Source: an uncultured Thermoplasmatales archaeon
GTDB taxonomy: Archaea > Thermoplasmatota > E2 > DHVEG-1
DNA: 64,000 nt
Direction: 5' to 3'
NCBI GenBank assembly: GCA_964638175.1
Contig: CAZWZY010000006.1
Span: 12,386 to 76,385, forward strand
Position numbers and translations under genes: made by a program. Under the pieces are notes generated by a model, which was not told the origin of the DNA, made no database searches, and worked only from the letters and a program-made list of their open reading frames with translations. Shown here one piece after another: positions 1-6,400 of this stretch; positions within the stretch are counted from its first letter, which is position 1; the number at the start of each line of letters is the position of its first letter.

Positions 1-1568
1 TGTACAACCACGTAATTAGCATTCCAGGTTCCTGCCACGTTTTGTTGGTTGCTTGCTGCGCTGTTGTTGTAATACATCCATATCTTTGTGTCAGCGCTGC
101 TCTCAAGCCGAGTGATGTTTACCCAACAGACCAGTTTTCCTGTGGTTCCATTAAAATCTTCAATTTCGTGATTGAGTTTCGTGGTGTTGTCACTGAAGAG
201 CACGAAGGCAATGTCATCGCCGTCATCTTGTGCTTTATCTCGTAAATCGGTGTCTGTGGTACTCACGAGGATGGGAAAGTTTACCATATCTGCATCAACT
301 TGTGAAGAGTTGACGGTGATCAGTTTTCGGTAGTTCCAATTGCTGTTCCACCAGGTGCTGCCTTCAAAGTCGTAGGTAGAGACGTTATCTCTATTGAAGA
401 GCAAGTAGGAGATACGGCCTGAGCTGGGAGCAAGACCGTCCTGAATCTCTTCAAAGGATGGGGCCGTAAACCAGGTTCTGACGGTTACGGGCTCTTGTTG
501 AGGTTGTAAGGAGGTGTAGACGCCGCGATTGAGACCGTCTGCCTTTGCTCCAAGGTTGTTAACCAAGGTTGTTGCTTGTGTTTGGATGGTGTTGGCAAAC
601 GAGACGTCTTTGCTGAACAGAGTAGCTGTCGCAACGGAACGCACCGTTTCTTGCGTAGCATTTGCACCGATAATCTCGATCTTTTCTAAGGCGAGACCGT
701 CTGAATATAACGGTGCAAAGATGGTCTCTGCATCCTCTGCCGTACTGATAGTTCGTTCGACGTAGAAGCTGGCTCCTGGAAGGATGTAACGTTGTTCTTG
801 TTGTGGATTGACGATGAGGTCAGTGGGGGCAGTAATAGTATCATCGCTGACGTTGGTTGGTGGTTGGGTATCATTGGTATAACCATCATCGATTGGTGGA
901 GTGGTATCGTTCTGTGTCTGGTTGTTATCTGGTTGTGTGGTATCGTTCTGTGTGACGTTTCCTTCAGGGGTTTCCTCAGATTCGTTACCGCTCACGTTTG
1001 ATGCAATGGTCCACCGGTAGGTGGTCTGGTAGAAGGTTTGGTTGTAATCAACGGCTGAAAGAGTGATCAGGTGATCTCCTGCAGAGAGATTATGGAAGAG
1101 CCAGGTTCCTTGCCAGAGCCGAGTGGCGATATGGTTATCGATGGTGGTGTTTGCTACCACGGTTAGATTGATGGTCTCGATACCTGAGATATTAGCCCAT
1201 GCGTCAGTAATATTGTAGGACGCAGGAATGGTGGCATTGAAGTAGATGATATCTCCTTCAACAGGATCGATAGGCTCAATGGACACGCCGATATCGAAGT
1301 CGCCTCCTCCGTAGAAGACGGGTAGTGTGGTAAGGAGAAGTCCAAAGACCAGTGCAAGCGAAATCAATGGAAGAATGATCTTGCTCCAGGATAGCTTCGG
1401 ACGAGGTTTGGATGGGGTTCTATGTTGTCGTTTGCTGATAAGGTCTTTCTTGGTTTCCAACGTTTTATCGATGAAGAGACGGTCCACCTGTTCATCGATG
1501 TCGTGTGGTGTTTGGTCGAAGTAATCTTGTAGGCGGTCAAGCCAGCGGAGATCGTCTCTACCGATCAT
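1..1568 (-). CDS. Giant surface glycoprotein paralog 1, N-terminal ~522 codons only (the rest lies beyond the left window edge)
   Basis: Absent from the ORF track because it has no stop in the window. Hand translation of the minus strand from ATG 1568-1566 gives MIGRDDLRWLDRLQDYFDQTPHDIDEQVDRLFIDKTLETKKDLISKRQHRTPSKPRPKLSWSKIILPLISLALVFGLLLTTLPVFYGGGDFDIGVSIEPIDPVEGDIIYFNATIPASYNITDAWANISGIETINLTVVANTT. This is the same cytoplasmic tail, TM helix and first ectodomain as in the 3686- and 2458-aa proteins. The frame was spot-checked open at 421-480, at 301-360 (STWWNSNWNYRKLITVNSS, DUF2341-like) and at 1-60 (AASNQQNVAGTWNANYVVV). The ATG overlaps the TGA of the upstream gene (ATGA, 1565-1568). 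Confidence 0.85.
   Translation of the reverse strand, partial: MIGRDDLRWLDRLQDYFDQTPHDIDEQVDRLFIDKTLETKKDLISKRQHRTPSKPRPKLSWSKIILPLISLALVFGLLLTTLPVFYGGGDFDIGVSIEPIDPVEGDIIYFNATIPASYNITDAWANISGIETINLTVVANTTIDNHIATRLWQGTWLFHNLSAGDHLITLSAVDYNQTFYQTTYRWTIASNVSGNESEETPEGNVTQNDTTQPDNNQTQNDTTPPIDDGYTNDTQPPTNVSDDTITAPTDLIVNPQQEQRYILPGASFYVERTISTAEDAETIFAPLYSDGLALEKIEIIGANATQETVRSVATATLFSKDVSFANTIQTQATTLVNNLGAKADGLNRGVYTSLQPQQEPVTVRTWFTAPSFEEIQDGLAPSSGRISYLLFNRDNVSTYDFEGSTWWNSNWNYRKLITVNSSQVDADMVNFPILVSTTDTDLRDKAQDDGDDIAFVLFSDNTTKLNHEIEDFNGTTGKLVCWVNITRLESSADTKIWMYYNNSAASNQQNVAGTWNANYVVV
949..1001 (-). repeat. 53-nt perfect repeat shared by giant paralogs 1 and 2 (copy in paralog 1)
   Basis: 949-1001 is identical to 13901-13953 (tgtgtgacgtttccttcaggggtttcctcagattcgttaccgctcacgtttga). 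It encodes ..SNVSGNESEETPEGNVTQ.. in both proteins. Confidence 0.9.
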
Positions 1569-2020
1569 GGCCGATCACCTCCTTTTTGCTTGTGCGGGAC
1601 GAGGACGGCGGTGCGGCTGATGATAAATGCCAGCTCATGGAAATAGGGGTTTTCCTCGCGGATCCACTGGAGTAGACGGGAGCGGCCTAACTTGTGTTCC
1701 AATACCTTCAAGACTCGTCGATACGGGATGGGAGAAACAGGACGAGTCTGTTTGAGACGGGAGTGAACATACTCCCGTGCTTCTGCAAAGGTGATGACCT
1801 CGCCAAGGAGTGGGTCAAAGTTCTTGGTCCAGTGATGGATGGTTTGCCTTGAAACATCACCTTTGGTGACCTGGAGCCGGGACAACAGGTCGTTGACAAA
1901 GCCTCGGTACTCCCGCATGTTTTGAAAAGACGGGATGGTTCTGCGGAAGTACAGACAGTAGGCGATAATCGGAAAGGGGATGTTGGTCGGTGGGTAGCCT
2001 TTCAGGGCGTCTTCGGTGAA
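1535..2020 (-). repeat. Module-junction repeat, copy 1 (giant-gene start plus the 3' three quarters of the Zn-ribbon/HTH gene)
   Basis: 1535-2020 aligns with 22650-23135 (offset 21115) with a single mismatch (1560 A vs 22675 G), compared line by line. It is visibly more GC-rich than the flanks. Confidence 0.9.
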
Positions 2021-2155
2021 GTATTTGCCACAGGTTTTGCAAAAAAATTGGAGCTTGTCTTGATGCGGTCGACCATTTTGAATAATATGTTTACTCTGAC
2101 AATGAGGGCAACTAAACGGTAAACGTCTACCTTGTGGTTTGAGTGATCGCCCCAT
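1565..2155 (-). CDS. Zinc-ribbon + HTH DNA-binding protein, IS1-InsA / IS6 N-terminal-module-like, no DDE domain (copy 1)
   Basis: 196-aa ORF. It has two CxxC pairs (CPHCQS...CKTCGKYF), then IPFPIIAYCLYFRR...DVSRQTIHHWTKNF (HTH-like). The stop overlaps the giant-gene start. The last codons spell the SD GGAGGTGATCGGCC (1569-1582). The start lies in a conserved GGGATGGG context. Confidence 0.75.
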   Translation of the reverse strand: MGRSLKPQGRRLPFSCPHCQSKHIIQNGRPHQDKLQFFCKTCGKYFTEDALKGYPPTNIPFPIIAYCLYFRRTIPSFQNMREYRGFVNDLLSRLQVTKGDVSRQTIHHWTKNFDPLLGEVITFAEAREYVHSRLKQTRPVSPIPYRRVLKVLEHKLGRSRLLQWIREENPYFHELAFIISRTAVLVPHKQKGGDRP

Positions 2156-2185
2156 CCCGCTCCGAAAACTGTAACAGAAAGTTAG

Positions 2186-2236
2186 TATTTAAATATTACA
2201 TTTTTCTTATCTTTTATACCCGTATTATTTTTGACG
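2186..2236 (-). promoter_or_regulatory. Putative promoter region of Zn-ribbon gene copy 1: TATA-like TATTTAAATAT (2186-2196) plus conserved upstream TTTGACG motif (2230-2236)
   Basis: The same arrangement (TTTGACG about 74-75 nt and an AT-rich TATA about 35-40 nt from the GGGATGGG start context) recurs upstream of all three Zn-ribbon genes. Confidence 0.4.
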
Positions 2237-2356
2237 TTTTTTCTAACTCCATATGAACTGACAATTAACGGAGAGCAAATGGAGATGCATATGCAAGTGA
2301 ATATGCGGATGCACATGTAGATATGAGGCAGGTGAATGTGCACTTGCGAATGTTGC

Positions 2357-2365
2357 TATTTATAC
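2357..2365 (+). promoter_or_regulatory. TATA-box-like TATTTATAC upstream of signal peptidase paralog 1
   Basis: It lies 30-38 nt before ATG 2395. The paralogous element TATTTATAG sits at the same distance from ATG 2976. This suggests leaderless or near-leaderless mRNAs. Confidence 0.4.
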
Positions 2366-2379
2366 ACTTGAGTAATTAG

Positions 2380-2862
2380 TTGTCTGAGGATGGGATGCAA
2401 CAGGTAATCGCACCAGTATTACCTTCAAAAAGAACACTTTACAGCATAGGTGCAGTATTGCTAGGAATCAGTATACTGCTGGTGATGATTGCCTTTCCTT
2501 TTTCGTGGGCAGTTGTTGGCTCTGAGTCAATGAGTCCCACCTTACAAAAAGGAGATATTTTGATATGGAAGCCGGCTCAACAAACCGATCTTGCCATCGG
2601 CGATATTGTTGTGTATGAAAGCTATACGCAATGGCCCAAGAAAACACTCGTCGTACACCGAATATCGGATATTCTCTATGATAGCACTGGCAGCGTACTC
2701 ATTGAAACAAAAGGAGATGCAAATGAATGGATTGACCAAGAACGGCCGCACGTTCCCCAGCCCTATATTTCATATGAGCACATCATCGGAAAGGTGATTT
2801 GTGTTGGTTCTCAACCGCTCAAGATACCAACTGTTGCGCTATTACATAGCTGGTTTGTGTAG
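2380..2862 (+). CDS. Signal peptidase I, archaeal/ER (Sec11/SipW, S26B) type, paralog 1
   Basis: N-terminal TM helix, then VVGSESMSPTLQKGDIL (catalytic Ser box), LVVHRI (His box) and ETKGDAN (GDxN box). The ORF-track start is TTG 2380; ATG 2395 (MQQVIAP...) is more likely. Confidence 0.8.
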   Translation: MSEDGMQQVIAPVLPSKRTLYSIGAVLLGISILLVMIAFPFSWAVVGSESMSPTLQKGDILIWKPAQQTDLAIGDIVVYESYTQWPKKTLVVHRISDILYDSTGSVLIETKGDANEWIDQERPHVPQPYISYEHIIGKVICVGSQPLKIPTVALLHSWFV

Positions 2863-2935
2863 TAGAATTTTTAGGTAATCTACGAGGTACATATGTAGGT
2901 ACTAGTGCACGTACTCATGCACTTACCAATAGTGG

Positions 2936-2944
2936 TATTTATAG
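2936..2944 (+). promoter_or_regulatory. TATA-box-like TATTTATAG upstream of signal peptidase paralog 2
   Basis: Same spacing to ATG 2976 as in paralog 1. The whole ~110-nt upstream region is paralogous to 2279-2365. Confidence 0.4.
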
Positions 2945-2966
2945 AGAAAGTTGGTTGTAAATAGCA

Positions 2967-3437
2967 GTGGATGGGATGCAGAAACGTGGGTATACGTGCC
3001 TAGTGTCGTCTAGATTGTTCTTTGGTGCACTCTTACTGAGTGTTGGGTGTATTGTTAGTACGCTGTTATTCTCTCCCTTTTCGTTTGCAATTGTCGGTTC
3101 TGCATCAATGAGCCCTTCGTTGTCAAAAGGAGATGTATTACTTTGGGAATCTACAGATATTATCAACATCGCAGTTGGTGATATTGTGGTGTATAAAAGT
3201 CCTGGGTGGTCTGGGGAAAAAATTATTGTACATCGAGTCATAGAGAAAACTGTCGATCATGAGGGTGAAGTGGTCTTAGCAACCAAAGGTGATGCTATCA
3301 CTCAAAATGATCAACAAGAGAGTGTGCTTTCTGAACCGTATGTGGAGAGTGACCAGGTACTCGGAAAAGTTGTATGTGTTGGTGAGCAACCTGTAAAGAT
3401 ACCATTTATTGGCATGATTGGTCTCTTGACAAAGTAA
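2967..3437 (+). CDS. Signal peptidase I, archaeal/ER (Sec11/SipW, S26B) type, paralog 2
   Basis: IVGSASMSPSLSKGDVL, IIVHRVI and ATKGDAITQND, with the same architecture as paralog 1. The likely start is ATG 2976 (MQKRGYT...). It converges on the 3' end of the 3686-aa gene with a 13-nt gap. Confidence 0.8.
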   Translation: MDGMQKRGYTCLVSSRLFFGALLLSVGCIVSTLLFSPFSFAIVGSASMSPSLSKGDVLLWESTDIINIAVGDIVVYKSPGWSGEKIIVHRVIEKTVDHEGEVVLATKGDAITQNDQQESVLSEPYVESDQVLGKVVCVGEQPVKIPFIGMIGLLTK

Positions 3438-3450
3438 TGCCCCCTGTTTT

Positions 3451-6400
3451 TTATGACGCAACAGACTTGAAGGTCACCGTCAGCCCAAGTGGATCAGTGG
3501 TTGACGAGGTGGTTGCCATTAAGAGTTTTAAGTCAAAGGTCTTCCAATTATCAGCAGCAAGATTGGTGACAAAGCTGGTGAAGGACGTGGTAATGTTGGT
3601 CCAGGATGCATCACCATTCTTCTTGTACCACAAACTGAAGTTGTCTTTCGCCGGTGGGGTGGTAAGATTCCATTGCGCACCCGTAGTACTGTTGGTGGCA
3701 TGAGTGGCATTAATGGTGATGTCTAAGGCAACATTTCCTTCATTTGTAAGATTGAAATAGAACCCAGTGGTCTCATTGATATCGCCAATATCAACCGAAC
3801 CCATGTCCCACTGAGGAGGAGCAATATCGAAGGATATGTTCTCTTCTTCTGTTGTAAAATGGAATATCCTGCTTGCATTCGAATCTAATCCATCATCTAC
3901 TGTTACCTTCCACCAATAGGTAGTATTGGTGGATGATGCCTGAGTATAACCCCAGGAAACAGTGGAATTTGCCGATACGCTGGTATTGGTTTGATTGACT
4001 ACCCATTCTCCCCATACTTCAAATGCATGATCATCAGTAGCATCAAGAGTGAATCCAGCTGTATCATTTCCATATCCTCTCACACCACCAGAGTATGTTG
4101 GACTGGTAGTATCTGTATGCCATTCTATATCGTTATCAGTATCACCATATTCACACATAGCGACAATGGCATATGTTGTTCCTTGTGAAAGTTCTACTGG
4201 CACATCCCAAGTTACATTCCACGTTCCATCAGGAGGGTAAGTTGAGGGAAGAGATGCTCCTGTTATTGTTTTACTTGCAAGATAACTATTCATGAGAGGA
4301 TGACCAGTTGCATTGGTTTCTCTAAGTTGGAAGGTTGCGTTTGGTGGGTTTCCATATTTACAGACGTACGGTGAAATATCTGTGCATTCAAAGGTTGCAT
4401 TTGTTCCTGTCGTTCCAATGGTAAATGTTTGGAATTCGTACCATCCGGCATGATAGTAATATGGCGAATTTGACTCAGTATATTGTTCGAAGGTTTGTGC
4501 ACCACTAGCATTCTGCCAAAAGTTCACGATAAGTGTATCTCCATCAGAATCGTTTGCCCAGACCTGACAAGTTGGTTGTAATGACACGTCGGTACTACCA
4601 TTCTTCGGAGTTATAGGTGTTATTGTTGGCAGTGTATTGGTTTTGTTATTTGCACTGGCATTCTCATCTGACCATTGATGGACGGTGGGGTTGTATGTCC
4701 ACGTTGTGTAAGACCAAATCTGGTAGTAATACGTCGTTCCCTCTGCAAGTCCAGTGTGTTCATATGAGGTCCCGGTATCATTATAGATCATGGTTCCTTG
4801 TCCTCGAGGCCAACTGGAAGCAGTTGTGTTGTATTCAATATAGGTGTTATTTGCTCCCGTTCCTTTTACCCATGTAAGATTGATTTGTGTAGAGTTATAT
4901 GATGTTGCATTGAAGTTTGTTGGTGCATTTGGTTTTGTTAGAAATGCCATATCTGAGCCATAAGATGCCGCAACTGAGTTGTTTGCAGAAGCGCGGTAAT
5001 GATACAATGTTCCTGGCGCAAGAGAAATCGAATAGTTCACTTCTGCATATATTTGAGTGCATAAACTATTTAATAATCCATCCCAATAGAATAATCCGAT
5101 TCCAATTTCAAGGGAATCTACATCATTTTTTGTCCACGGCTGTCCATCTGAAGGTCTTGTTGTCCATGTTTCTGATTTTAAACCCCAAGATACAGGTAAT
5201 GATTTAATGCCGCTATCTGATTTTACACCATTCTCCTTTATAGATAATTTTACTTCACCAGCCGCGCCTTCTTTTTTGCACATTGCATAAACAGTAACAG
5301 AATTGATAGTTGCTCCGTTGGGAATAGAACTATCAGTCACATTATATAAATCGAATGAATGATCTTGATCGATAGCGCCTTTCACATAAGTATCATCTCC
5401 ATCTGAGGTTACCTCATCAACGCTTTCCCAATTTGTTGGGGCAGGGTCATTTCCATCTATAGCACATTGAGTAAGGCTCCCCGCTGCATTTGGTCGTAAT
5501 ACTTCAGTTTGGTAACCACCTAAACTATCTAAATTATAACTAAACTCATCACCAGTCGATTTTGTTTGATTGCTAGTTGTATTCCCATAACTTATGGTAG
5601 TTCCATATTCGAACCAGACGGTGCAGTTCTCTCCACCATCATTACTGAGATAACCATGCAAGGTAGCGTTGGTTTCTTCGACACCGGTAGAAGCGTTTGT
5701 TGTGACAATAGGAACAACTGAAGGATCACAATGACATATTGCATCAGCAACCGGTGGTGATGTTTCATCAGTACTCCCGGATTTTTTACCGATGCTGTAA
5801 AACTCGTAATAACCAGTGCCGTTTGGGAAGGAAAAGTTCCATTGCCAAGGGCTGCTGGTATCAGGATTACTCGCATCGCTCCATTGCATCCATCCTTCCT
5901 CATCTGCAACAGTCAGAAACGTTGTGGTATTTATGATGGTATTATAGGTGGTATTCATCCATTCATTGCTTCGTACTACTTTGCTAATACGTGCTTCATC
6001 AAATCGTCCATCCCAGCAATTTCCAGCAGCATCATTCCCTATTAATAGATAATTATGGTTCTCTTGTAACGATGCTCCCGTAGTAAATGTATCATCAAAA
6101 CCATCAACGGTTTTATTGTAATGCATAGAGGTGGGATCAATACCAGCGCCACCACCATCTTCATCATACGTACCCCAGAGATACCACCAATAGCCTACAC
6201 CACCAACTCCAGAACCATAATTATCAGGAACATTACCTCCTTGTACAAATTGACTCACTCTCAACCATCTTAGTTCGTAATTATCTTGTGTTCTAAGATA
6301 AACACCCCAATCATTATCAGTCCAGTCTGGCCCTTCCATAAAGATTCTGGGATATGTAACATCATTATTATTAAGATTAAGCCAGATTTCGGCTGTAATC

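Noticed and set aside
1565-2155. The three Zn-ribbon/HTH genes as active IS elements (transposase genes)
   Set aside because: There is no DDE or other catalytic domain; only ~70 aa follow the HTH. I could find no terminal inverted repeats. The repeat boundaries coincide with coding features (the giant-gene start), not with element ends. They are therefore annotated as CDS plus repeat, not as mobile elements.
3437-3703. Plus-strand ORFs 3437-3703 and 15275-15574, which resemble each other (…DLKV…VVDEVVA…FKSKV…)
   Set aside because: Their similarity is explained by their being antisense to the conserved C-terminal domain of the two giant proteins.
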